64,000 nucleotides of DNA from an uncultured Nitrospiraceae bacterium (GTDB lineage: Bacteria; Nitrospirota; Thermodesulfovibrionia; Thermodesulfovibrionales; UBA6898): assembly GCA_963811165.1 (NCBI GenBank), contig CAWEQH010000004.1:480001-544000 (forward strand). Direction: 5' to 3'. The first letter of the stretch is position 1; the number at the start of each line of letters is the position of its first letter. The position numbers and the translations under genes are program-made. Positions 9,990-20,710 of this stretch are shown in pieces. The notes beneath the pieces are model-generated. The model was not told where the DNA came from. It saw only the letters and a list, made by a program, of their open reading frames with translations, and did not search any database.

Positions 9990-10997
9990 TCATCTTCCCA
10001 ACTTTCGGGGGATCCCGGCGCCGACAAAGAAGTTCACCTTTTTTGCCTCTTCCTCCCTTATGGACTTTCCCGTATAGTGGATAAAGACGTCTTCGAGCGA
10101 CTGCTCATGAATTGTGGCGGAAAGGACCTTGCCTCCAATCCGCCTCACCTCGTCCATGAGCGAGGGAAGGTTCGTCGCCCCGCTGTCTACGTTAAACCGT
10201 AACAGGTCGTCCTCAAGGAGAATCTTGTGCACGAAAGAAAGCCCCCTGAGTGTTTCGACAGCTTCTTCCGGCAGGTGCTCCACCTTCAGGGATATGATAT
10301 CGCTTCCGGGTATCTGCGACTTGAGTTCGGCCTGACTGCCGATCGCAATGATCTTCCCCGAATCAATAATGGCGACCCTGTTGCAGAGGGCCTCGGCCTC
10401 CTCCATGTAATGCGTAGTAAGGAATATCGTCATGGAACTCCCGCCGATGAGTGTTTCGAGGAAGCCCCATACGACCCGCCTTGACTGCGGGTCGAGCCCG
10501 ATCGTCGGCTCGTCCAGAAAGAGTAATTCCGGTCTGTGCACCAGGACGCGCGCGATCTCGAGCCTCCTCCTCATGCCGCCCGAATATGTCGCAACAAGGT
10601 CATTTGCCCTCGATGTAAGACCCACCATCTCAAGGAGTGACTTGATCCGTTCTTTCCTGTCCCTGGCATGGATGCCGTAGAAGCGGCCGTAGATGTCCAT
10701 ATTCTCATAGGCGGTAAGGTCGAGGTCGCTCGTCATCGCCTGCGGGACGACACCGATATGTTTTCTGACTTCGGTGGGCTCCTTGACAACGTCGCAGCAT
10801 GAGACGACCGCGCGGCCGCTTGTGGGTTTAAGAAGTGTGGTGAGCATCCTTATGAGGGTCGTCTTTCCTGCACCGTTTGGACCGAGGAAACCGAAAAATT
10901 CTCCGCGCTCTACATCGAAGCTGACGTTGTCGACAGCGGTCACTGCGCCGAATTTCCTTGTTATTCCAGAAACGGTGATGGCATTATTATTAGTCAT
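9990..10997 (-). CDS. ABC transporter ATP-binding protein (DrrA-like)
   Basis: GPNGAGKTT, YSGGMRRR, LFLDEPT and TTHYMEEA motifs. Confidence 0.95.
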   Translation of the reverse strand: MTNNNAITVSGITRKFGAVTAVDNVSFDVERGEFFGFLGPNGAGKTTLIRMLTTLLKPTSGRAVVSCCDVVKEPTEVRKHIGVVPQAMTSDLDLTAYENMDIYGRFYGIHARDRKERIKSLLEMVGLTSRANDLVATYSGGMRRRLEIARVLVHRPELLFLDEPTIGLDPQSRRVVWGFLETLIGGSSMTIFLTTHYMEEAEALCNRVAIIDSGKIIAIGSQAELKSQIPGSDIISLKVEHLPEEAVETLRGLSFVHKILLEDDLLRFNVDSGATNLPSLMDEVRRIGGKVLSATIHEQSLEDVFIHYTGKSIREEEAKKVNFFVGAGIPRKLGR

Positions 10998-11175
10998 TTT
11001 CCCGGGACTTGTAACACAGACGAAAAGAAGTGGACTTCCGTCATGATTGGCCCTGAATTATTATAATACGCGCAATATTCCCTGACAATGTTTTAATAGG
11101 AGTTGCTCAGAAGCACCACAGCCGCGGGTCCGGGTCGATGCGCCGGCGGAAATTGCAAGCCCGGCCATCAAAGGC

Positions 11176-13506
11176 CTATTCTCGTTCTAATGCCTCGCGC
11201 ACTTTAATCGCCAGCTCTTTCCTGGAAAAAGGTTTCTGAAGGAAGTGCACGCCCTTATCCAGTATGCCCCGGTGAGCGATAACGTTGGCCGTGTAGGCGG
11301 ATGAAAACAGACATTTCAGCCCCGGGATGATCTCTCCGAGCAATTTCGCAAGGTCCCGGCCGTTCATCTCCGGCATGACCACATCGGTGAGCAGCAGTTG
11401 TATCTCACCCGCATGGGACTTGACCCGGCGAAGCGCCTCGCCGGGTGCAGCTGCGGTCAATACATTATAGCCAAGCGATTTCAGCATATCCCGGCTCATG
11501 TTCAAAATCGAGGCCTCGTCCTCAACCAAAAGCACCGTCTCCCCATGGCCTTCGGGCGTTTCCGTCGTGACTGCAGCCGCCGGCTCGGCCGCTTCTCCCT
11601 CGAACCTGGGCAGATAGATCTTGAAGGTTGAGCCGCTGCCGGTTTCGCTGTAGGTGTTCATGAATCCCTCGTTTTGTTTGACGATCCCGTAAACGGTGGC
11701 GAGACCCAAACCAGTCCCCTTTCCCACCTCCTTGGTGGTGAAGAACGGCTCGAAGAGGTGATCGATAACTTCTTTGTTCATGCCGCAACCGTTGTCGCTG
11801 ACGGCGAGCATCACATATTTTCCGGGGACAAAACCCGCATGAACGTCACAATAGGACTTATCAATGACCGCGTTTTCGGTCTCGATAGTGATCTTGCCCA
11901 CCCCGGCGATAGAGTCACGGGCGTTGACGCAAAGATTCGCCAGAAGCTGGTCGATCTGTGAGGGGTCAATCTTGACCGGCCACAATGCCTCACCCGGCAT
12001 CCATGCAAAATCAATGTCCTCGCCCATCAGCCGCTGGAGCATCTTGAGCAGGTCACTCACGGTGTCGTTCAAGTCCAAAACCTTGGGTGCTACGGTCTGC
12101 TTGCGGGCAAAGGTCAGGAGTTGTCTGACAAGGGCGGCGGAACGTCGGGCGGCCTCCTCGATCACCTTGAGATAGGTATGTATCGCCCCCACTGAAGTGT
12201 CTTCCATCAGGGCCATTTCGGTATAGCCAAGTATCGCCGAAAGCATGTTGTTGAAATCGTGGGCCACTCCTCCAGCCAGCCGTCCCACAGACTCCATCTT
12301 CTGGGACTGGAACAACTGGGCCTGTAATTTCGCCCGTTCCTCTTCAGCCCGTTTTCGCTCACTGATGTCACGAACGATCGCCTGCACGCACATCTTGCCG
12401 CCCAGTTCGAGCCTGCTTAGCGTAATCTCCACGTCAAAGGGGCTTCCGTCCGCCCGCACCGGCTGCCACTCAAAGACCTGGGGGACGCCGTTCAACGCGG
12501 CCCGGATCTTCTCGCCGGCCACTTCGGACGAAAGCCGTCCATCGGGCTGCAGCTTTGGAGCGAACTCGCCGGGCGAACGGCCGATGATCTCCGCCTTCGT
12601 GAGCCCGTACATCTCGGCGCCTTTTTGGTTGCAGTCGATAAAGCCGGTCTCATCATGGATGAAGATCCCGTCATTCGCAGATTCAAAGAGCAATCGGTAA
12701 TTGCCTTCTTTTTCCCGGAGCTCTTCCTCGGCCCGCTTTCGTTCCGTGACATCGCGCGTCACGCCAAGCAGTGCGGTGATCTCATTTTTTTCGTTTCTTA
12801 AGGGAACGGCGTGGGTCTCCAGCCATAAGCGGCGCCCCTTCATGCCGACCATCTCGAACAGGAGAGTCCCGGACTCCCCCTGGAAAACGCGCGAGGTCAG
12901 CTCCATGAACGCCGTCCGGTAGTCGGACGTGACCAGCGGACAGATACACTGTCCCCTCACTTGGTCCAGGGAATCCACCTGGATCATGTCCAGGCCGGCG
13001 CGGTTCATCATAATAAGGTTGGCATTTTTGTCCAGGACCTTAACGCATTCCGGCTCGGCCTCGATAATCGTTTGCAGCATTTTTTCGCTTTTTCGGAGCG
13101 CCTCCTCCGCCTGTTTGCGGTCGGTGACGTCTTGCCAGATGGTATGAAGAACTTTTTGTCCGGATAAATTCACCACGTGAGAGATGATGTGAACGTCTCG
13201 TATTTCTCCTTTTTTGGTTTTATGCCGGACTTCGAATTCGGCCCCTCCTTTTTTGAGTACGTCCTCCACACTTTTCTGTATTTCCTCCGGCCCCTGGCAT
13301 GCATCAATTTCGCAGAGGTGAAGCCTCCCAAATTCCTCCCTTGAGTATCCAAGCTGACGATGTGCCGCTTCGTTAAAGTCCAGAATATTACCTTTCATAT
13401 CTATGGTCAGGATACCGTAAGGAGACTGTTCAAACAGGGTGCGATACTTAAGTTCAGCATCGCGGCCTTCAGTCTCTTTCCTTACTGCTATATCTTCAGA
13501 CTTCAT
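11176..13506 (-). CDS. Hybrid sensor histidine kinase/response regulator with 3 PAS domains
   Basis: PAS/PAC repeats, AGGVAHDFNN H-box, EPFFTTK..GKGTGLGL and a C-terminal REC domain (LLVEDE, LLTDVVMP). Confidence 0.95.
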   Translation of the reverse strand: MKSEDIAVRKETEGRDAELKYRTLFEQSPYGILTIDMKGNILDFNEAAHRQLGYSREEFGRLHLCEIDACQGPEEIQKSVEDVLKKGGAEFEVRHKTKKGEIRDVHIISHVVNLSGQKVLHTIWQDVTDRKQAEEALRKSEKMLQTIIEAEPECVKVLDKNANLIMMNRAGLDMIQVDSLDQVRGQCICPLVTSDYRTAFMELTSRVFQGESGTLLFEMVGMKGRRLWLETHAVPLRNEKNEITALLGVTRDVTERKRAEEELREKEGNYRLLFESANDGIFIHDETGFIDCNQKGAEMYGLTKAEIIGRSPGEFAPKLQPDGRLSSEVAGEKIRAALNGVPQVFEWQPVRADGSPFDVEITLSRLELGGKMCVQAIVRDISERKRAEEERAKLQAQLFQSQKMESVGRLAGGVAHDFNNMLSAILGYTEMALMEDTSVGAIHTYLKVIEEAARRSAALVRQLLTFARKQTVAPKVLDLNDTVSDLLKMLQRLMGEDIDFAWMPGEALWPVKIDPSQIDQLLANLCVNARDSIAGVGKITIETENAVIDKSYCDVHAGFVPGKYVMLAVSDNGCGMNKEVIDHLFEPFFTTKEVGKGTGLGLATVYGIVKQNEGFMNTYSETGSGSTFKIYLPRFEGEAAEPAAAVTTETPEGHGETVLLVEDEASILNMSRDMLKSLGYNVLTAAAPGEALRRVKSHAGEIQLLLTDVVMPEMNGRDLAKLLGEIIPGLKCLFSSAYTANVIAHRGILDKGVHFLQKPFSRKELAIKVREALERE

Positions 13507-13658
13507 CGTAATTCCATGAATTCATCAAGCAGTTTCTTATAAGAAGGTTGTCGGTTGAATGCACAAAAAACTTCACGACATGACTATAGGGCTTCCGTGG
13601 ATATTTACTTCCTGCACTGCCGCCTTTGGATGGCATTTCCATTCCCTGCCCCTGGTAC

Positions 13659-13722
13659 ATACTATCTCTTGATAGATGACTTGTCAATTTAGCGAATTGT
13701 CTCATGTAGCGAATTGCCTCAT
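13659..13722 (-). promoter_or_regulatory. sigma70 promoter of the hybrid kinase with a tandem 16-bp direct repeat just upstream of -35
   Basis: TTGACA (13687-13682)-N17-TAGTAT (13664-13659). TAGCGAATTGYCTCAT occurs at 13690-13705 and 13707-13722. Confidence 0.65.
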
Positions 13723-13792
13723 CGAAAATCCAAATGAAGGTGAATCGTTGCCTTATTTAAAAAAAGTGCTGCGGCTTTGAAACTGCTGCCCT

Positions 13793-14845
13793 TCAGGTCT
13801 TCTTCGGTATCTCGACTTCGACGGTCATTCCGGGTTTCAGCAGCCCCTCCGGGTCTTCCACCCTTACCTTGACCCTGAAGGTCTTTATGTCCTGTCTTCC
13901 GCGGATCACGTCCCTTTGGGTTGCAAACTCGGCGTACCGGCCTATCTCCGAAATTTTCCCCTTGAATTTTTTGCCGGGCATTCCCTCTACCGTCACTGCG
14001 GCAGGGCTGTTCAACGCCACCCCGCCGATCTTCATTTCGTCGATGTCGACCCTGGCGTAAAGACTGTTTAGGTCAACCAGTGTAAGGACCGTTACTCCCG
14101 GGCTCACTGTTTCACCTTTTTCCATGGCCTTGAATATGACGGTACCGGTCACCGGTGTTTTTATCATTGTATCGTCAAGTTTCGACATGGCGAACGCGAG
14201 CGCCGCTTCGGCCTCCTTACGCATCGCCGTGGATGAGCTTAGCTGGCTTACCGCGCTATTGAGCTGGCTGACTGAGGCGTCTTTTTTTGAGCGGGCGGAA
14301 TTAAGCTTTTCCTTCGAAGAATCGTAAGCCGCCGCATTTACGTCGTAAGCGGCGACAATCTGATCGCGGGACTCTCTGGAGATGAACTCTTTCTTAAAAA
14401 GTTCCTTCGCCCTCTCTGCCTCTCTTTGCGATTCTTCCATCTGCGCGCGGGCCCTTGCCATGTCGGCCACAGCGCTCTTCATGTCGGCATCGGAGGCGAG
14501 CATATTGGCCCTTGCGTTTTCGATCGAAGTTTGGGCGGTCTTGATATCGGCCGTCGCCCTTTCGACCCCTGCTGCCGCCTGATCGGCCGACGCCTTTAGG
14601 TCTTCACTTTCGAGTGTGATGACGGCGTGGCCTTCTTTTACCACGTCCCCTTCGTTACAGCATACCCACGAGATCCTTCCTGCAACTTTCGGGGAGAGGT
14701 TCACTTCTATCCCGTCGATTATGCCTGTTGCCCGCAGTGTCGGGGCGGTCTTTGCGGTGCGGGCATAATAATAGATGAAGAGTGCGGCAAGGACGGCGAG
14801 GAGGACCAGCAAAGGGACCGCCGTATGTACGATCGACTTTTTCAT
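13793..14845 (-). CDS. HlyD family efflux periplasmic adaptor
   Basis: N-terminal TM, lipoyl-like half-motifs, long coiled coil, and EFAT....LLKPGM. Confidence 0.9.
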   Translation of the reverse strand: MKKSIVHTAVPLLVLLAVLAALFIYYYARTAKTAPTLRATGIIDGIEVNLSPKVAGRISWVCCNEGDVVKEGHAVITLESEDLKASADQAAAGVERATADIKTAQTSIENARANMLASDADMKSAVADMARARAQMEESQREAERAKELFKKEFISRESRDQIVAAYDVNAAAYDSSKEKLNSARSKKDASVSQLNSAVSQLSSSTAMRKEAEAALAFAMSKLDDTMIKTPVTGTVIFKAMEKGETVSPGVTVLTLVDLNSLYARVDIDEMKIGGVALNSPAAVTVEGMPGKKFKGKISEIGRYAEFATQRDVIRGRQDIKTFRVKVRVEDPEGLLKPGMTVEVEIPKKT

Positions 14846-14925
14846 GCCCTTTCATCCATGAGTGAGGATTGGTAAAGGCCTTATAATCATAGGATGCATA
14901 CTTTAATTATGAGATTGTTAATAGG

Positions 14926-16245
14926 TTATCTTACGCCCATCGCTTTTTCGAGGGTCGCGCGGGCGACTTTATAATCGTAAAGCGCCTGGATATTTGCGGT
15001 CTTTGCATTGGTCAGCAATACCTCGGCGTCCGTCACCTCGATAGGGTTGCCCACGCCTGCGGCGTACCTGCCGTTTGCGATCTCGAAGTTCTCTGTCGCC
15101 TGCTGTACGGTAAGCTGCGTATTGGTTATGCTGTCCTGGGCGACCAATAGATTAAGGTATGCCTGCTGCACGTCGAGAAGGATGCTCTGTTTAAGCGTCT
15201 CCTCGTTTGCCCGTGCAACGCCCAGATTCGACTTCGCCTCCTCTACCTGATTTTTCGTAAGAAACCCGCTGAAGATAGGAAACGTTAGGGTCACGCCGGC
15301 GCTCCAGCCCTCACCGGCAGGAAAGAAGGTGGTGTCTGAGCGATCATACTGGGCGTTGCCCGTCAGTACCGGATAATATCCCGTTTTTGCGAGATCCACG
15401 GACCTTTGGACGGACATTCTTTTTGCGACGGAAGATTGCAGGTCGGGCCTGTTCTTATAGGCCGTATCGATGGCCTGGGGCAGGGTTATCTCGTACTTCT
15501 GGAATGCAAGGTTGTCCTCCGTGGTATAGTCGGGCGCATCCGGTACACCCATAGCATTGTTGAGCGTCACCTTGGCGACCTTCACGTTATTTTTGGCCTT
15601 TATAAGGTTCAGCTTGGAGTTGCTCAGGTCGACCTCGGCCTTGGTAACGTCGTATTTCGGATGGGTCCCCACCTCGTAAAACCCTTTTGCCTGGTCCAGA
15701 TGGAGCTGGAACTGTTTTACCGTATCTTCGGCGACGTCTCTGTTACGCTTCGTCTGTAACACTCCGTAGTATGCCTGTTTGACGTTCAGAAGCACCTGGT
15801 CGATCGTTGTCTCCATGTCGGCCTTTGAAGAATCGAGAATGAACTTCTGGACATCCACCTGCGAGCTTGTCTTGCCGAAATCATAGATAAGCTGAGAAAG
15901 TGCCAGGCTGCCCGAGTATTGGTCGAAGGACCCTGAGGAACCCGGCGTTTCAAGGACACCCGAACCGGAACTGAAGTTGCCGGAGTTGCCGTTAAGCGGA
16001 GAAATCCGGCTGTATCCGGCGGTCGCCGCGATCTGAGGATAATAGTTCGCCCTTGCCTCGAATACCCGGCTTTGGTTTGCACCTACGGTATTTTGCGCCG
16101 CGACGATGGTCGGATGTCTTATGATCGCGATCTCCATGCACCGCTGAAGCGTGAGCAGTTCGTCCTTCCTTATGATGTCTTCTGCGCCTGCCTTAAAAGG
16201 CGCGAAGATCAAGAGTAAAAAAACGAATGTAATGATCCTTTTCAT
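14926..16245 (-). CDS. TolC family outer membrane efflux protein
   Basis: Signal peptide and two OEP repeats (A.YYPQI, RPDL, YYPVL, RY.AG). RBS GGAGG. Confidence 0.95.
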   Translation of the reverse strand: MKRIITFVFLLLIFAPFKAGAEDIIRKDELLTLQRCMEIAIIRHPTIVAAQNTVGANQSRVFEARANYYPQIAATAGYSRISPLNGNSGNFSSGSGVLETPGSSGSFDQYSGSLALSQLIYDFGKTSSQVDVQKFILDSSKADMETTIDQVLLNVKQAYYGVLQTKRNRDVAEDTVKQFQLHLDQAKGFYEVGTHPKYDVTKAEVDLSNSKLNLIKAKNNVKVAKVTLNNAMGVPDAPDYTTEDNLAFQKYEITLPQAIDTAYKNRPDLQSSVAKRMSVQRSVDLAKTGYYPVLTGNAQYDRSDTTFFPAGEGWSAGVTLTFPIFSGFLTKNQVEEAKSNLGVARANEETLKQSILLDVQQAYLNLLVAQDSITNTQLTVQQATENFEIANGRYAAGVGNPIEVTDAEVLLTNAKTANIQALYDYKVARATLEKAMGVR

Positions 16246-16329
16246 AATAAAGACCTCCTGTCGAAAGCTCAAAATAGTGTTTACGTTATATCGTTGAAGA
16301 CCTATTAACAAAATCAGGCGTCTCGAAAA

Positions 16330-19300
16330 TTATGCCTGCAGCACGCCCTCGCCTGTCTTGAGTTTTTTCCTCCCGAGCCAGCCTCCGACTTTCTTCTGGA
16401 ACTTGTCCATATAGTAATAGACGACAGGGGTGATGTACAGGGTCAGAAGCTGTGAAAAAATCAGCCCTCCCACAACGGCCAGCCCGAGAGGTCTGCGGGC
16501 GGAGGCGCCGGAGCCTATGCCCAAGGCGATCGGAAGGGTGCCCATAAGGGCTGCCATCGTCGTCATCATGATCGGTCTGAAACGGACCAGTGCGCCTTCA
16601 TAGATCGCATCAAGGGGCGTCTTGCCTTCCTTCCTTTCCGCTTCGAGGGCAAAGTCTATCATCATGATCGCGTTTTTCTTGACGATACCGATAAGCATGA
16701 TCACGCCGACGAAGGCGTAGATATTTAGCTCGTAGCCGAAAAGCATCAGCGTGATGAGCGCTCCGAATCCGGCCGCGGGAAGACCCGAAAGGATAGTGAG
16801 GGGATGGATGTAGCTTTCGTACAGTATACCCAGCACGATGTAGATAACGACGATCGCCATGACAAGAAGGACCCAGAGCCCTTTCATAGAGTCCTGAAAC
16901 GCCTGGGCAGACCCCTGAAAACTCGTCGTAACCGAAGGAGGAAGGGTCTCGCGGGCGGCCTTTTGCACCAAGTCGACTGCGTCGCTCAGGGCCACTCCCG
17001 GCTTTAGGTTGAATGATATTGTCACCGCCGGGAGCTGCCCCAGGTGGTTGACGGTAAGAGGCCCCAGGCTCCTTGTGAGTCTCGCTACGGTATTAAGAGG
17101 GACAAGGCTGCCTTTGACCGAGCGGACATAGAGCATCGAAAGGGCCGCAGGGTCCATCTGGTAATCGGGGTCGAGTTCGAGAATCACCTGATACTGGTTG
17201 TTCGGGGCATAGATGGTGGACACCTGCCGTGAACCGTACGCATAGTAGAGTGCGTCTTCGATCTGCTGGGCGGAAAGGCCGAGTGCGGCCGCTTTGTCGC
17301 GGTCGATATCGATATTTACCTGAGGAGATTTGATCTGCAGGTCGCTGGTAACGTCCTGAAGTTTGGAGATAGTCTTCATCTTTGTCTCAAGGCCGACTGC
17401 GCTTTTGTAAAGTTCCTCGGTATCGGGGCTCTGGAGAGTGAACTGGTACTGGCTCTTTGTCAGTGTTCCCCCGATCCTGATCGAAGGGAGGTTTTGCATG
17501 AACATCATGATGCCGGGCACCTTCGATACCTTCGGCCTGAGTTCCTGGATGATCTGGTCTGCAGTAAGCTCCCGCTTGTCGTGCGGCTTCAGCCGCATGA
17601 AGATGCGGCCCGAGTTGCTTGCGAGACTCAGCGTGCTGCCGCCGATTGCGGACATGAACTGGTCTATGTTAGGGTCTTTCGAGACGATCTCCGCCAGCTG
17701 TTTCTGGTGCTTTACCATATCATCGAAGGATATCCCCTGCGCCGCCTCGGTGAAGGCAAATATCTGGCCCGTGTCTTCCGTAGGGAGAAAGCCCATCGGC
17801 ACCTTCGTAAACAGCACCCCGGTCGCCAGAGTAATGACGATCGTAACCACTATCGTGGCGAAGCGGTGACGTATGACGAAGGACAAAGAGCGTTCGTAAT
17901 AGTTTCGCATGCCGTCAAAGACCTTCTCCATCGCAAGATAGAAACGGCCGTGTTTCTCCGCCCCCGGAGGTCTCAGAAAGCGGCTGCAGAGCATCGGCGT
18001 CAGCGTAAGGGAGACAAAACCCGAAATCAGTATCGCCATGCTGATCGTCACTGCGAACTCGTGGAGGAGTCTGCCCAGGATGCCGCCCATGAAAAGCACC
18101 GGGATGAAGACCGCCACGAGCGAGAGGGTCATCGAAAGTATCGTAAAGCCGATCTCTCGTGAGCCCTTGAGGGCAGCCTCCATAACGCCTTCCCCGTGTT
18201 CCATGTGCCTCACTATGTTTTCGAGCATGACTATCGCGTCGTCAACCACGAAGCCGACCGACAGTGTCAGTGCAAGGAGTGAAATGTTATTGATCGAAAA
18301 CCCCAGCAGATACATGGCGGCGAAGGTGCCGATAATGGAGAAGGGCAGGGCAAGGCTCGGAATTACCGTTGCCGAGATGTTTCGAAGGAAGAGGAATATC
18401 ACCAATACGACGAGGCAGACGGTCAGAAAGAGCGTAAATTTGACGTCATTAACAGATTCCCTGATCGAGACGGAGCGGTCATAGAGGATGTCCAGGTTTA
18501 CCGAGGCCGGGATCTGGGCCCGAAAGACAGGCAGCAGTTTCTTTATGCTGTCGACCACCTCGATGGTGTTGGTGCCGGGCTGGCGCTGAACGGCAAGGAT
18601 AATGCCGCGGGTGGTGTTGAACCAGCTTGCGGCCTTGTTGTTCTCTACGCTGTCTATGACCTTGCCGATCTGGTCGAGGCGCACGGGGGATCCGTTACGG
18701 TAGGCCACTATGAGAGGACGGTAGTCCGCCGCCTTGTAAAGCTGCCCGGTAGCCTGGATGGTGAATGCCTGGGTTTTCCCGCTCAGTAACCCTGTCGGAA
18801 GGTTCACGTTCCCGGCGTCAAGGGCGCTGCCTACCTCGTCGATACCGATCTGGCGCGTGGCGAGGGCCTTCGGGTCGACCTGGGCCCTTACGGCATATTT
18901 TTGGGACCCAAAGACGGACACCTGCGCCACCCCGCTGATCATCGAGATCCTCTGGGCCATGAAGGTCTCGGCAAAATCGTCGACGGTATAGAGAGGGAGC
19001 GTGGGGGAGCTCAGGGCAAGGTAGATGACCGGCTGGTCGGCCGGGTTCACCTTGTTGAAAGACGGCGGGGCCGGCATATTCTGCGGCAGCTGGCGCGAGG
19101 CGCGGGAGATGGCGGTCTGCACGTCCTGAGCCGCAGCGTCTATATTTCTGGACAGATTGAACTGGATAGTAATCTGGGTAGAACCGGTGCCGTTTTGGGA
19201 GGTCATGGAATCTACCCCTGCAATGGTTGAAAACTGGCGTTCAAGCGGCGTTGCAACCGCAGAGGCCATGGTGTCCGGGTTTGCTCCGGGCAGGCTCGCC

Positions 19301-19443
19301 GTCACCTGTATGGTCGGAAAGTCGACATTCGGCAGGTCGTTCACCGGAAGAAACCGGTAGGCGGAAATGCCGAACATGAAAATAGCGATCATGATCAGGG
19401 AGGTCATGATCGGCCTTCGGATAAAGATTTCAGCGATGTTCAT
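16330..19443 (-). CDS. RND efflux transporter permease (MdtB/MdtC/AcrB family)
   Basis: 1037 aa. FIRRPI.T, GFVVDDAIVMLEN, GIVKKNAIMMIDF and RFRPIMMTT motifs. Confidence 0.97.
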   Translation of the reverse strand: MNIAEIFIRRPIMTSLIMIAIFMFGISAYRFLPVNDLPNVDFPTIQVTASLPGANPDTMASAVATPLERQFSTIAGVDSMTSQNGTGSTQITIQFNLSRNIDAAAQDVQTAISRASRQLPQNMPAPPSFNKVNPADQPVIYLALSSPTLPLYTVDDFAETFMAQRISMISGVAQVSVFGSQKYAVRAQVDPKALATRQIGIDEVGSALDAGNVNLPTGLLSGKTQAFTIQATGQLYKAADYRPLIVAYRNGSPVRLDQIGKVIDSVENNKAASWFNTTRGIILAVQRQPGTNTIEVVDSIKKLLPVFRAQIPASVNLDILYDRSVSIRESVNDVKFTLFLTVCLVVLVIFLFLRNISATVIPSLALPFSIIGTFAAMYLLGFSINNISLLALTLSVGFVVDDAIVMLENIVRHMEHGEGVMEAALKGSREIGFTILSMTLSLVAVFIPVLFMGGILGRLLHEFAVTISMAILISGFVSLTLTPMLCSRFLRPPGAEKHGRFYLAMEKVFDGMRNYYERSLSFVIRHRFATIVVTIVITLATGVLFTKVPMGFLPTEDTGQIFAFTEAAQGISFDDMVKHQKQLAEIVSKDPNIDQFMSAIGGSTLSLASNSGRIFMRLKPHDKRELTADQIIQELRPKVSKVPGIMMFMQNLPSIRIGGTLTKSQYQFTLQSPDTEELYKSAVGLETKMKTISKLQDVTSDLQIKSPQVNIDIDRDKAAALGLSAQQIEDALYYAYGSRQVSTIYAPNNQYQVILELDPDYQMDPAALSMLYVRSVKGSLVPLNTVARLTRSLGPLTVNHLGQLPAVTISFNLKPGVALSDAVDLVQKAARETLPPSVTTSFQGSAQAFQDSMKGLWVLLVMAIVVIYIVLGILYESYIHPLTILSGLPAAGFGALITLMLFGYELNIYAFVGVIMLIGIVKKNAIMMIDFALEAERKEGKTPLDAIYEGALVRFRPIMMTTMAALMGTLPIALGIGSGASARRPLGLAVVGGLIFSQLLTLYITPVVYYYMDKFQKKVGGWLGRKKLKTGEGVLQA

Positions 19444-20621
19444 GGACGTCTGCCTGCTCCAGGCTGGGACCTTCCTTCGTCCCCTTTAGCCTGTTCAGGC
19501 TTTTTTATCTCGACCTTTGCCCCGGGGACGAGCCGCACCTGGCCGTCGGTCACCACTGTTTCGCCTGCGTTGACCCCCTTGTCTATCACGGTGTCGTCGG
19601 CGATTGCCAGGCCTGAGACCACAGGCCGGGACTCGATCGTGTTATCTTTTTTCACCACAAAGACATACTGGCCTTCCTGGCCTGTCTGTATGGCGCTTGT
19701 GGGCACTAAAAGCGCATTGGGCCGGGTCGTCAAGGTGAGGGCTACACTCACGAACTGTCCGGGCCAAAGCCTTTTCTGGGCGTTGGGGAACGTGGCCTTG
19801 AGTTTTATGGTGCCTGTCGTGGGATCGACCGTATTGTCCACAAAGGTGAGTATCCCCTGTTCGGGCGTCTTGTCCTCTTTCGAGATGTAGGTCTCCACCG
19901 CGACCTTCCCCTGGGACATATATTTCTTTATCTCGGCAAGATTTTGTTCGGGTATGGAGAACGTTACGTATATCGGCTGGATCTGGTTGACGACGACCAT
20001 CGAGGTGTCTGCGGTTGCCTTAACGAGATTGCCTTCGCTTACGATGAGGTTGCCTGTGCGGCCGGAGATCGGAGAATAGATGTAGCAGTATTTTAACTGC
20101 AGAAGCGCATTTTCGAGCATCGCCTTGTCCGCATTCACCGTGGCCCCGAGTGCGACCGCGTTGGTGCGGTATTGTTCATACTGCTCCTTTGCCACATACC
20201 CTTTCTTTACCAGCTCTCCATAACGGTCCGCCTCTTCGCGTGCGTTTTCCATCTGTGCCTTATCTCTTGCAAGGTTGGCCTCGGCCTGTTTGACCTGGGC
20301 CTCGTATTGTCTGGGGTCGATCGTGAAAAGGAGGGAGCCCTTGGCTACGTCCTGACCTTCCCTGAAATGGACCTTATGAAGTATCCCCCCTATCTGGGAC
20401 TTGACCTGTATCGTAGAGACGGCCTCTACGTTGCCTATTGCAGTCAACTGTACGGGCACGGTCCTTTGCGCCACCGTTCCCACCGAAACAGGCACCACCG
20501 GTTTTTTGGGCTGCTGGCTTGAATTGCCGTTCGAACATGAACCGAGGAATGACACCGAGATGGTGAATATGACTGCCATCAGCAGAGTGCTCCTCTTCCC
20601 GGACCGTCGGCCTTTTTTCAT
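19440..20621 (-). CDS. RND efflux membrane fusion lipoprotein (MdtA-like)
   Basis: Lipobox-like LGSC. SPISGRTG, DNTVDPTTGTI, LWPGQFV and VVTDGQ motifs. Confidence 0.95.
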   Translation of the reverse strand: MKKGRRSGKRSTLLMAVIFTISVSFLGSCSNGNSSQQPKKPVVPVSVGTVAQRTVPVQLTAIGNVEAVSTIQVKSQIGGILHKVHFREGQDVAKGSLLFTIDPRQYEAQVKQAEANLARDKAQMENAREEADRYGELVKKGYVAKEQYEQYRTNAVALGATVNADKAMLENALLQLKYCYIYSPISGRTGNLIVSEGNLVKATADTSMVVVNQIQPIYVTFSIPEQNLAEIKKYMSQGKVAVETYISKEDKTPEQGILTFVDNTVDPTTGTIKLKATFPNAQKRLWPGQFVSVALTLTTRPNALLVPTSAIQTGQEGQYVFVVKKDNTIESRPVVSGLAIADDTVIDKGVNAGETVVTDGQVRLVPGAKVEIKKPEQAKGDEGRSQPGAGRRP

Positions 20622-20710
20622 CGAATCGTCTCCTTACTCTGGGTCCCTTTTGTTTTTTCTGAAAGCCGTGCCGCGTGTGAAACAGCAAGAGTTTTCGTGG
20701 CCTGCTTCAT
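20618..20710 (-). pseudogene. 30-aa upstream ORF coupled to mdtA-like start; possible truncated TetR N-terminus
   Basis: MKQATKTLAVSHAARLSEKTKGTQSKETIR* whose TGA overlaps the next ATG (ATGA). Confidence 0.35.
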
